Origin: Candidatus Eiseniibacteriota bacterium
GTDB lineage: Bacteria; Eisenbacteria; RBG-16-71-46
Direction of reading: 5' to 3'
DNA: 35,028 nt
Assembly (NCBI GenBank): GCA_044222065.1
Contig: JBGAOA010000044.1
Span: 1 to 35,028, forward strand
Shown here: positions 8,385 to 16,961 of the stretch, piece by piece
Layout: the number at the start of each line of letters is the position of its first letter
How positions within the stretch are numbered: position 1 is the first letter of the stretch
Program-made: the position numbers and the translations under genes
Notes under the pieces: model-generated
Databases searched by the model: none
Told to the model about the DNA's origin: nothing
What the model saw: only the letters and a program-made list of their open reading frames with translations

Positions 8385-9613
8385 CGCTGCTCCTGCCGCT
8401 CGCGCTCGCGACCGCGTGCGCGAGCCGGCCGCATTCGAATCCGTTCGATCCCGCGAACCCCGAGACCGGCGGAAGACCGGCGGGCTTCGTCGCGCTCGCA
8501 GGCTCCGGGTTCGTGGACCTGCGCTGGAGCGCGGCCGGCGTCGGCGGCGACGTCGGCTTCCAGATCTACCGTCGCGTCGAAGGCGAAGCCGACTTCTCCG
8601 CGGTGACCGACGTGCTGCCCGGCTTCGTGACGAGCTACGGGGACTTCAGCCTCCAGAACGGCCGGCGGCACGAGTACCGCCTCTACTACGTGTTCGGCGG
8701 CGTGCTCGGCGGACTCCCCGCCGAGGACTCGGCGACGCCCGGCACGACGCGCGCCTACGTCACCGAGCTCGACCGTCCGGCGCTCGACTGGCTCACGCCC
8801 GACGGACGCCACGTGCGCGGCCGTGCGACCGAAGCGTTCGGGCCGACGTTCCTCGCCTACGACCGCCGGCGCTCGCGGCTCTGGGTCTCGGACACGTTCG
8901 ACGGCTCGGTGCGCTCGTACGATCCGATCCTCGGCCCGCAGGCGAGCATCGTCGGGCTCTCGGAACCGGTGTCGCTCGCCGTGGACTCGCTGAACGGCGA
9001 CCTGTGGATCTGCGACCAGGGCCGCGGCTCCGTGTTCCACTACACGACGCTCGGCGCACCGCGCGCGCCGACCTCGCTCGACGGCCTCTCCTTCCCGACC
9101 GGCATCGCGCTCGATCCGGCGGACGGCTCGCTGTGGGTGTGCGAGCGCAGCGGCAACCGCGTGCGCCGGTTCTTCCGCAGCGGCGTGCCGAACGGCGTCA
9201 CCGACGTGTTCGCCCCGTCGCGCGTCGCCGTGGACTCTTCGACGCGCGAACCGTGGATCACGTCGTTCGACGGACGCAACGTCGTGCACCTGAACGCCTC
9301 CGGGACGCCGGTGGACACGATCGCGCTCGACGGCCCGATCGGCCTCACCGTGGATCCGCGTCGCGGCCGCATCTGGATCGCCGACTCGCGCGCCGGCCGC
9401 CTCGTCGCGCTCCGTCGCAGCGGCCTCGTCGAATTCACGGTCGGCGGGCTCTCGCGCGTGAACGAGGTGGACGTGGACCTCGCGACCGGCGAGTGCTGGG
9501 CGGCGGTGCCCGGACTCGCGGCCGTCGTGCGCGTCGCGCCCGACGGGCGCGTGCTCGCGCAGACGGGCGGACTCGCGAACCCCTACGACGTGCTCGTCGA
9601 CACCGGGCCGTGA
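8360..9613 (+). CDS. Lipoprotein with FN3-like N-terminal domain and NHL/YncE-type beta-propeller
   Basis: Lipobox LATA-C; NPFDP; VDLRWS…GFQIYRR; repeated P..(L/I/V)(A/T)(V/L)D…(L/I)W(V/I).D blades. Confidence 0.8.
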   Translation: MRARRSLLTLLLPLALATACASRPHSNPFDPANPETGGRPAGFVALAGSGFVDLRWSAAGVGGDVGFQIYRRVEGEADFSAVTDVLPGFVTSYGDFSLQNGRRHEYRLYYVFGGVLGGLPAEDSATPGTTRAYVTELDRPALDWLTPDGRHVRGRATEAFGPTFLAYDRRRSRLWVSDTFDGSVRSYDPILGPQASIVGLSEPVSLAVDSLNGDLWICDQGRGSVFHYTTLGAPRAPTSLDGLSFPTGIALDPADGSLWVCERSGNRVRRFFRSGVPNGVTDVFAPSRVAVDSSTREPWITSFDGRNVVHLNASGTPVDTIALDGPIGLTVDPRRGRIWIADSRAGRLVALRRSGLVEFTVGGLSRVNEVDVDLATGECWAAVPGLAAVVRVAPDGRVLAQTGGLANPYDVLVDTGP

Positions 9614-9635
9614 CGCGCCCGCAACCGCCCCGCGC

Positions 9636-12461
9636 TCAGTAGTTGAAGTCGAGCGCGAACTGCGTGCGCGGCCCGCTCGAGAAGTGCCGCCAATCCCGCG
9701 TCGGCCACGTGAAGTTCCAGCGCAGCGCCGGGAAGTAGCCGCCGCCGACGAACACGCCGACGCCGAGGCCGCCCTTGCGCTGCTCCGGCTCGTCCTCCTC
9801 CCAGCCCCACGCGGCGTCCGCGAACGCCGCGGCGCTCACGGTCGGGAACTCCCACGTCGTCGGCACCGCGAACGTGAGCCCCGAGAGCACCGGGAAGCGC
9901 AGCTCCTGCTGCACGAGAAGCGTCTGCGTTCCCGACAACGTGCGCCGGTCCCAGCCGCGCAGCATGCGCGCGCCGCCGAGGTAGTAGCGCTGCGCGTCCT
10001 GGCCGATGCTCGACTGCCCCTGCACGCGCGTCGCCGACACGAGGAACGGCAGCGGCATGCGGTAGGCGCGCACGTCGGCGGTGAGCGACCAGAAGTCGCC
10101 GTCGCCCGACGTGAGGTCGCGCGTGAACCCGCCGGTGACGTTCGCGCGCGTCCCGAGACTCGGGCCGAGCATCGTCCAGCGCGCGTTGTCGTGCGTGACG
10201 CCGAGGTAGTTCGAGACGAGGTCCACGGTCTGGAAGCGGCCGTTGCGAAGCAGGTGGTTCTGCGCGTGGCGCGCGAACACGCTCGTCTCGATACGCGTGA
10301 ACTTGTCGAACGGGTAGCTCGCGAGCGCGAGCATGCCGACGCGCCGCTCGAGCCGGAACAGTCCGAGGTCCTCGTCGTAGATCTCGGCGAGGCGGAACGC
10401 GCCGACGCCGTAGTTCAGCCGGCGCCCCTGGTTGAGGTACGTCGCGCCCAGCTCGAAGCCGTCCCAGAAGCTGCCGAAGCGCTCGGAGTCGTTCGAGACC
10501 AGGATGTGGATCTGTTCGTTGCCGAGCACGTCCGAGAGCGCCATCTGCCCGCCCCCGCCCGAGGCGCCGAGCCCCGGGTCGTAGGCGACCGCGTTCTGGA
10601 TGAAGTCGATCCCGAGCTGGCGCCGATAGCGCTGCGGCGTCCCGTCGTGCGCGACCGCCGGTAGCACCGGTTCGCGCGCGGACTCGCCGTCGGGCTCGGG
10701 CGCGAGCGAGTCCGGATCGAACGTCACGCGCCACGTCTGGAACTGGACCGCGCGCTGCGCCGTGAACAGCAGGCCGCCCGCGCCCGGCAGCCAGTCGGGA
10801 TCGGACGCCGGACCGAGCAGCCGCGTGACGCGGCGCGCGAAGCGATCGGGCTCGGCCGTTCGCACCCACAGGTCGCTCGTCCCGCCGCGCGTCGAGCGGA
10901 ACGCGAGCCAGCGCCCGTCCGGCGAGAACACGGGCTGGCGGTCGTCGCCGCTCGCCGCGACGCCGAACGGCTCGATCGCGCCGCTCTCGAGCGACAGGCG
11001 GAAGAGCGCGAAACGCCCGCCGAGGTCGGCGCGGTCGGACGCGAACACGACGAAGCGTCCGTCGGGCGAGACGTCCGGCTCGATGTCGTCGAACTCGTCG
11101 TTCGTGAGCCGCTCGAACGTCGGCCGCGGTTCGGTCCACGTGACCCGGTAGAGATCGGCGCGGCCATGGAAGTCCATCGCCGAGAACACCACGAACCGGT
11201 CGTCGTGCGCGAGGCTCGGGTCGTTGATCGCGACGAGGCCCGGCGGATCGAAGCGGCGCTCGATCCGGCCGTTCCGCGAGTCCACGACGTAGATCGCGTC
11301 GCGACCGCCGCGCTTCGACGACAGCACGATGCGCCCCGAGGGCGACGCGTCCGGGCGGTTCTGGAACAGGTGGAACGACTCGAACTGCGGCGACTGCCCG
11401 CCGCGCAGCAGGCGGCGTTCGCGACGCCGTTCGACGCCAGGCTCGCTCAGCATGAGGTCGATGCCGGTCTCGCCCGCCGCGAAGTAGCAGAAGCGGACGG
11501 CCGTGTCGCCGGGCGCGGACGCGGGCAGCACGCGCGGCCCGAGGTTGTAGCGCCCGCGCCGCGTGAGCCGCACGCCCGCCTCGTCGGGCGACTGCGCGGA
11601 CGCGACGGCCGGGTAGTAGCGCGCGCGCATGTGCTCGTACCACTCCTCGTCGGCCTGCTCGACGCGCTCGCCGAACGTGATGCGGAACGCGGTCTCGAAG
11701 TCCTCGGCGCGCCACCAGTTGTCGAGCAGGTCGAAGATCTTCTCGCGGCCGAAGCGCTCGCCGAGCCGGATCAGGAACGACTGCCCTTCCTTGTACATGA
11801 GCACCGTGCCGGTGATCGCCTCGCTGCGCGTGAGCGGCGGCGCCTGTCCGGTCACGAACGCGTCGCGCAGCAGCCCCTCCGCGTCCTCGTCCCATTCGGT
11901 GCCGCAGTACTCGGCGAATCCCTCGATGAACCACAGCGGCGGCAGCGTCACCTGCGTGCGCCGGTGCTGGCGGATGACGGTGCCGAGCTTGTCGAGCATG
12001 TACCAGTGCGCGAGCTCGTGGCGCGTCACCCACCGCAGCCGGGCCCACGAGCCGTTGTGCGGGATCAGCACGCGGCCCTTGATCAGCTCCGTGAGGCCGC
12101 CCGTGCCCTCCGAGATGAGCCCCTGGCTCGCGTTCGTCTGCTGGAACAGGTGGTGGTGCGCATACAAGAGCAGCGGCACGCGCTTGCGCGGCGCGAGCCG
12201 GAAGCGGCCGTCGAACTCGACGCACACCGACTCGGCGAACGCGGTGAGGTGGCGCGCGAGGCTCTCTTCCTCGGCGTAGTAGTGCAGGCGCAGGTGCGGC
12301 GTCTCGAGCACGGCCCAGTCGAGCGTCTCGTACTGGACCTTGTTCTTGCCGAAGCCCTGCGCGAGCGCCGCCGCCGGCAGGAGCGCGACCGTGACCAGCA
12401 GCCCGGTCAGCGCGGCGATCCACGCCCGCCGCGCCGCGCTGCGCACGGCGCCGCTCACCAC
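9636..12461 (-). CDS. Omp85-family protein with N-terminal HExxH metallopeptidase-like domain and PD40/TolB-like propeller
   Basis: Signal peptide then QGFGKNKVQY; HELAH (12006-12020) and PLWFIEGFAEY; PD40 repeats (PDVSPDGRFVVFASDR, PVFSPDGRWLAFRS); barrel with YYLGG…LRGW and terminal FALDFNY. The start (GTG at 12461 or 12458) is inferred. Confidence 0.85.
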   Translation of the reverse strand: MVSGAVRSAARRAWIAALTGLLVTVALLPAAALAQGFGKNKVQYETLDWAVLETPHLRLHYYAEEESLARHLTAFAESVCVEFDGRFRLAPRKRVPLLLYAHHHLFQQTNASQGLISEGTGGLTELIKGRVLIPHNGSWARLRWVTRHELAHWYMLDKLGTVIRQHRRTQVTLPPLWFIEGFAEYCGTEWDEDAEGLLRDAFVTGQAPPLTRSEAITGTVLMYKEGQSFLIRLGERFGREKIFDLLDNWWRAEDFETAFRITFGERVEQADEEWYEHMRARYYPAVASAQSPDEAGVRLTRRGRYNLGPRVLPASAPGDTAVRFCYFAAGETGIDLMLSEPGVERRRERRLLRGGQSPQFESFHLFQNRPDASPSGRIVLSSKRGGRDAIYVVDSRNGRIERRFDPPGLVAINDPSLAHDDRFVVFSAMDFHGRADLYRVTWTEPRPTFERLTNDEFDDIEPDVSPDGRFVVFASDRADLGGRFALFRLSLESGAIEPFGVAASGDDRQPVFSPDGRWLAFRSTRGGTSDLWVRTAEPDRFARRVTRLLGPASDPDWLPGAGGLLFTAQRAVQFQTWRVTFDPDSLAPEPDGESAREPVLPAVAHDGTPQRYRRQLGIDFIQNAVAYDPGLGASGGGGQMALSDVLGNEQIHILVSNDSERFGSFWDGFELGATYLNQGRRLNYGVGAFRLAEIYDEDLGLFRLERRVGMLALASYPFDKFTRIETSVFARHAQNHLLRNGRFQTVDLVSNYLGVTHDNARWTMLGPSLGTRANVTGGFTRDLTSGDGDFWSLTADVRAYRMPLPFLVSATRVQGQSSIGQDAQRYYLGGARMLRGWDRRTLSGTQTLLVQQELRFPVLSGLTFAVPTTWEFPTVSAAAFADAAWGWEEDEPEQRKGGLGVGVFVGGGYFPALRWNFTWPTRDWRHFSSGPRTQFALDFNY

Positions 12462-12486
12462 GCAGCGTCCCCCGCGGCGCACGGAC

Positions 12487-13285
12487 TCACGTGGAGCGGC
12501 CGAGACAGTCCTCGAGCGCGTAGAGCCCGGGCGGCGCCGTGGCGACGAAGCGCGCCGCGGCGAGCGCGCCGTGCGCGAACGCCGCGCGATCCGAAGCCAC
12601 GTGCCTGAGCTCGATCCATTCCCCTTCTCCCGCGACGAGCACCGTGTGGTCGCCGACCCACGTGCCGCCGCGCACCGCGTGCACACCGATTTCGACGTCC
12701 GGCCGCGGGCCGACCGCGCCGGAGCGGCCGTTTCGCAACGCGGCCTCCGTCCAGCCGCGCGACGCGAGCGTGTCGCGCGCGAGCGCGAGCGCCGTGCCCG
12801 AGGGGCTGTCGGCCTTCTTCCGGTGATGCCGTTCGACGATCTCGACGTCCCATCCGGGAAGCGCCTCCAGCGCCGCCCGGAGCGTACGACGCAGCGCGGC
12901 GATTCCGAGACTGAAATTGGACGCACGCAGGACCGCGACCTTCTCCGCCGCCGCCCGGATCGCCGCCTCCCCGCTCGCGTCGAGGCCGGTCGTTCCCGAG
13001 ACGAGTGCCGCGCCCGCCGCGGCGCACCGCTCGGCCGCCTCGCGACAGCCCGCGGGTGTCGAGAATTCGATGACGACGTCCCCCCCGGGAGAGCCGGTCC
13101 AGGTTCGCGCTCCATACCCCGCCCGCGGTCCCGAAGTTCTCGGCCCGATCCACGAGCCCCTTGACCTCGAGCTCCGGGGCGCCGGAAAGCGCGTCTCGCA
13201 CGGCGCGGCCCATGCGGCCCGCGGCCCCGACGAGCACGACGGACACGGCGCCGGGCGCGAACGAGCGCGAATCGGTCCGGATCAC
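12487..13285 (-). CDS. dapB: 4-hydroxy-tetrahydrodipicolinate reductase, split by one extra base (probable sequencing error)
   Basis: The 5' frame gives VVLVGAAGRMGR. The 3' frame gives DVVIEFSTP, VSGTTG, ASNFSLG, EIVERHHRKKADSPSGTA, VRGG…GDHTV, SDRAAFAHGA. The span is 799 bp = 3n+1, and the shift falls in the C7 run at 13080-13086. Confidence 0.9.
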
Positions 13286-14169
13286 GCCCGCTGTCCCGCC
13301 GGCAGCGCGATCCCGGCGGCGCGTGCCGCCGCCTCGAGCGCCTCGACCGTCGCGGCCGAGGCCGGGACGAGCGGCAGCCGAAGCTCGTTCTGGATGAGCC
13401 CCATGCGCGCGAGCAGCGCCTTCACGGGCGCGGGATTGCTCTCGAGGAACAGCGCCTTGAAGAGCGGCAGCAGTCGGCGATGGACGGCTTCCGCCTCGGC
13501 CATCCGTCCGGCGCGCGCGTGGTCCGAGAGCGCGCGCATCTCCGCGGGGGCGACGTTGCCCGCGACCGAGATGATTCCCGTGCCGCCCACGGCGATGATC
13601 GGCAGCGTGAGCGAATCGTCGCCCGAGAGCAGCGTGAGCCGAGTCTTCGCGCGGACCGCGCTCGCCTGGTCGAGGCTGCCGCTCGCCTCCTTCACGGCGA
13701 CGATGTTCGACACGTGCTGGGTCTCGGCGAGCGTCTCGGGCAGCGTGTTCGTGCCGGTGCGGCCGGGCACGTTGTAGAGGATGACCGGGAGCTTCGTGGA
13801 CTGCGCGACCGTCGTGAAGTGCGCGACCTGCCCCTTCGGCGTCGGCTTGTTGTAGTACGGCGTCACGAGCATCGCGCCGTCGAGCCCGAGTTCCTCGGCG
13901 AGGCGCGTGAGCTGGATGGACTCGGCGGTGTTGTTCGTGCCCGTGCCCGCGACGACCGGCACGCGCCCCTTCACGCGCGCCTTCACGAACGTCCAGAGCG
14001 CGCGGCGCTCCTCGAACGAGCACGTCGCGGCCTCGCCCGTCGAGCCCGAGACGACGAGCCCCTCGACGCCGCCGTCGAGCATGAAGTCCACGTGATTCCC
14101 GGTCGCTTCCAGGTCCAGCGCTCCGCCGCGGAACGGCGTCACCATCGCCACGAACAGTCCGTCGAACAC
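13282..14169 (-). CDS. dapA: 4-hydroxy-tetrahydrodipicolinate synthase
   Basis: AMVTPF, GSTGE, VTPYYNKP, LYNVPGRTG, VKEASG, SGDD, ESNPAPVK; GTG start with GGAGG SD. Confidence 0.96.
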   Translation of the reverse strand: MFDGLFVAMVTPFRGGALDLEATGNHVDFMLDGGVEGLVVSGSTGEAATCSFEERRALWTFVKARVKGRVPVVAGTGTNNTAESIQLTRLAEELGLDGAMLVTPYYNKPTPKGQVAHFTTVAQSTKLPVILYNVPGRTGTNTLPETLAETQHVSNIVAVKEASGSLDQASAVRAKTRLTLLSGDDSLTLPIIAVGGTGIISVAGNVAPAEMRALSDHARAGRMAEAEAVHRRLLPLFKALFLESNPAPVKALLARMGLIQNELRLPLVPASAATVEALEAAARAAGIALPAGQRA

Positions 14170-14171
14170 GA

Positions 14172-15011
14172 CTAATCCTCCACGACCGCGCCTTCGAGCG
14201 CGGGCTCGATCCACTCGCCTCGGAACACCGTCTCCGCGGGGCCGCTCAGCGTCACGTCCCAGCCGTTCTCGGAATCGCGGTACTCGACGATCAGCACGTC
14301 GCCGCCCTGCGTCACGACGCGCACCGGCGAAGGCACGCCCTCGCTCGCCGCGGCGAGCGCCGTCGCGACGGCGCCGCTCCCGCACGCGAGCGTCTCGCCC
14401 TCGACGCCGCGCTCGTAGGTGCGCATCGCGACCTTGCCCGGTTCGAGCGCCCGCACGAAGTCCACGTTCGTGCCGCCGGGCGCGAACGCCGGGTGGTTGC
14501 GGAGCGCGCGTCCCCACTCGTGCACGGGCGCACCGTCGAGGGTCGGCAGAGGCACGACGAAGTGCGGCACGCCGGCGACGAACTGCCGCCCGCGAAAGCG
14601 CCGGCCTGCCGCCTCGAGTTCCACGGGCCCCGCGCTCCGGGGCACGCGCCCGAGTTCGACCGCGATCGCGGCCTTCGCCGGCAGCAGCCGCGCACGCTGG
14701 AGGCCGACCGCGCAGCGGAACGTCACCTCGCCGCCGCGGCCGAGCCCGAGTTCGAAGGCGAGGCGCGCGAGGCAGCGCGCGCCGTTGCCGCAGTACTCGG
14801 CCGCGCCGCCGTCGGCGTTGAAGTAGCGCATCTGGTAGTCGACGTCGGAATCGAGTTCGAGCAGCAGGACGCCGTCCGCGCCGATGCCGCGGCGGCGATC
14901 GCACAGGCGCGCGAACAGCGTCGTGGGATCGGCGGGCAGGAAGCGCCGCCGGTGGTCGAGCACGACGAAGTCGTTCGCGGCGCCCTGCATCTTGACGAAC
15001 GGGATCCTCAC
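14172..15011 (-). CDS. dapF: Diaminopimelate epimerase
   Basis: FVKMQGAANDF, CDRRRGIGADG, NADG..AEYCGNGARC, GVPH, GTNV, RTYERGVEGETLACGSG; GTGA overlap at the start. Confidence 0.95.
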   Translation of the reverse strand: MRIPFVKMQGAANDFVVLDHRRRFLPADPTTLFARLCDRRRGIGADGVLLLELDSDVDYQMRYFNADGGAAEYCGNGARCLARLAFELGLGRGGEVTFRCAVGLQRARLLPAKAAIAVELGRVPRSAGPVELEAAGRRFRGRQFVAGVPHFVVPLPTLDGAPVHEWGRALRNHPAFAPGGTNVDFVRALEPGKVAMRTYERGVEGETLACGSGAVATALAAASEGVPSPVRVVTQGGDVLIVEYRDSENGWDVTLSGPAETVFRGEWIEPALEGAVVED

Positions 15012-16078
15012 GGGCCGGAGCCTACGACGCGCGGCGGACGCAAGACCAGTTCGAGGTCCTTGATCTCCTCGGCCGGGAGCACCTCGAGCCGCAGCGGATC
15101 GCTCGCCGGTTCCGCGGCCGCGTTCCACTGCTTGTTCTTGTCGAGGTCGCGAAACGCCACGAGCCGCCAGGTCCCCGCGCCGAGCGCGAGCTGGAACTCG
15201 CGCTCCGCCCCCGCCTCGGCGAGCACCCGGCGCGTCGAGTCCTGCTCCGAAACGGCGAGCACGCGCAGCACCCCCGTCGAGTCGCCGAGCGAATCGCGCA
15301 CCGTCCCGGACGCGATCGACGGCGCGCGCGGATTGCGCACGAGCAGCCGCAATTCCTCGGCGGACGGCGCATCCGGCGCGAGCGACACGAGCGAATCGGC
15401 GCGGACGAGAACGTCCTTGTCGGGCTCGAACGAGCGGTTCTGGTTCAGGTCGCCGAACGTCCACAGCCGGTAGCGGCCCGGCACCGCGAGTCCGAGCACC
15501 TCGAACTCGCCGGACTCCCTCGCGAGGCCGAGCGCGTCGAAGTCCTGCGCGGTGCTGTCCGGTTCGCGGCCGTCGGCGTAGCACCACACGTAGGCGCCGG
15601 CGACCGGAAAGCCCTTCGCCTCGATCCGGCCCGAGATGCGTCCCGGCGGAAACGTCTCGCCGGTCGTGAACGTCACCGCCTTGCCCGTGCCCATGGGCAC
15701 GCCGTGCCGGTCGCGCGCGCCGCCGCCGACGAACAGCGTGTAGGTCTGGCGCGCACGCAGCGAGTCGGCGAGCACGAGCGTGAGCGTGCGCCCGCTCCAG
15801 CGACGCTGCTTCACCGCGGCCGTGGGCGCGAGCGACACGGCGTCCGACGTCGAGCGCGGCTCCATGCCCTCGCTGAACGTGAGGGCGAGCGCGCCGCCGC
15901 GCGCGACGCGCGAGGCGCCCGAGTCGGGCGCGGTCGCGACCAGCCGTGGCGGCACGAGGTCCGGCGGTCCGCCGGACGGCACGCCCTTCTTCGCGCAGCC
16001 CGCGGCGAGCATCGCGAGCGCGAGGGCCGCGAATCGGGCCCCGCTCCCCGTGGCGCGGCGCGGACCGGTGCCGTTCAC
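15008..16078 (-). CDS. Ig-like (Big_5-type) domain lipoprotein
   Basis: Lipobox LAAG-C followed by AKKGVPSGGPPD..PP; LTFSE; DxNxN-type loops (GDLNQN, DLDKN); GTGA overlap with the xerC stop. Confidence 0.8.
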   Translation of the reverse strand: MNGTGPRRATGSGARFAALALAMLAAGCAKKGVPSGGPPDLVPPRLVATAPDSGASRVARGGALALTFSEGMEPRSTSDAVSLAPTAAVKQRRWSGRTLTLVLADSLRARQTYTLFVGGGARDRHGVPMGTGKAVTFTTGETFPPGRISGRIEAKGFPVAGAYVWCYADGREPDSTAQDFDALGLARESGEFEVLGLAVPGRYRLWTFGDLNQNRSFEPDKDVLVRADSLVSLAPDAPSAEELRLLVRNPRAPSIASGTVRDSLGDSTGVLRVLAVSEQDSTRRVLAEAGAEREFQLALGAGTWRLVAFRDLDKNKQWNAAAEPASDPLRLEVLPAEEIKDLELVLRPPRVVGSGP

Positions 16079-16959
16079 GCGCGGGGGTGCGCCTGCTCGT
16101 AGGCCTTCTTGAGCCGCGCCCGGGTGACGTGCGTGTAGACCTGCGTGCTCGCGAGCGAGCGGTGGCCGAGCAGCTCCTGGATCGCGCGCAGGTCGGCGCC
16201 GCGATCGAGCAGGTGGCTCGCGAACGAGTGCCGGAGCGCGTGCGGAGTCACGCCGAGCCCGTTCGCGACCTCCGAGAGCCGCCGCTTCACGACGCGCTGG
16301 ACGGTGCGCCCCGAGAGGCGACCCGCGCGTGCGTTCACGAACACCGGCTCGTCGCCGCGCCGCGCGCGAGCGCCGAGGCCGGCGAGGTAGGCGTCGAGCC
16401 GCGCGAGCGCCTGTTCGCCGATCGGCACGATGCGCTCCCGGCGCCCCTTGCCGCGCACGCGCAGCAGGCCCGCGCCGCGGTCCACGTCGCCGTGATTCAG
16501 TCCGACGAGCTCCGAGAGGCGCAGTCCGGACGAATACGCGACCTCGAGCAGGGCGCGGTCGCGCCGCACGGCGGCGTCCTCGCCGCTCATGCGGTCGAGC
16601 GCGGCCGCGAGGTCGTGGGACGGCAGCGTGCGCGGCAGGCGCTTCGGACGCTTCGGGAACGGGATCGAACGCGACGGATCGCGCGCGAGCACGCCGCGGC
16701 GCACGCAGTAGCGCGAGAAGCTCCGCCACGCGGCGAGCGCGCGCGCGGCGCTCGTCGCGGCGTGTCCGGTGCGGAACAGGTCGCGCAGCGTCCCTTCGAG
16801 CAGCTCGCGCGTCCAGGCGTCCGGAGGCACGGGCCGCCCCGCGCCGCCCGCACGATCGAGCGCCCGCGTCACGTCGCGACGGTAGGCCGCGAGCGTGTGC
16901 GCCGAACCGCGCCGCTGGGACGCGAACTCGGCGAGGAAGCGCTCGAGGGCCTCGCGCAT
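16075..16959 (-). CDS. xerC: Tyrosine recombinase XerC
   Basis: SAHTLAAYRRD, RDRALLEVAYSSGLRLSEL, GKGRRER.VP, TPHALRHSFASHLL, GADLRAIQELLGH.SL.STQVYTH; directly after topA, the usual xerC position. Confidence 0.85.
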   Translation of the reverse strand: MREALERFLAEFASQRRGSAHTLAAYRRDVTRALDRAGGAGRPVPPDAWTRELLEGTLRDLFRTGHAATSAARALAAWRSFSRYCVRRGVLARDPSRSIPFPKRPKRLPRTLPSHDLAAALDRMSGEDAAVRRDRALLEVAYSSGLRLSELVGLNHGDVDRGAGLLRVRGKGRRERIVPIGEQALARLDAYLAGLGARARRGDEPVFVNARAGRLSGRTVQRVVKRRLSEVANGLGVTPHALRHSFASHLLDRGADLRAIQELLGHRSLASTQVYTHVTRARLKKAYEQAHPRA

Positions 16960-16961
16960 CG

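Noticed and set aside
4666..16959. Two tyrosine recombinases as evidence of an integrated element
   Set aside because: They have XerD- and XerC-type signatures and sit among housekeeping genes. I saw no att repeats, tRNA, phage or conjugation genes.
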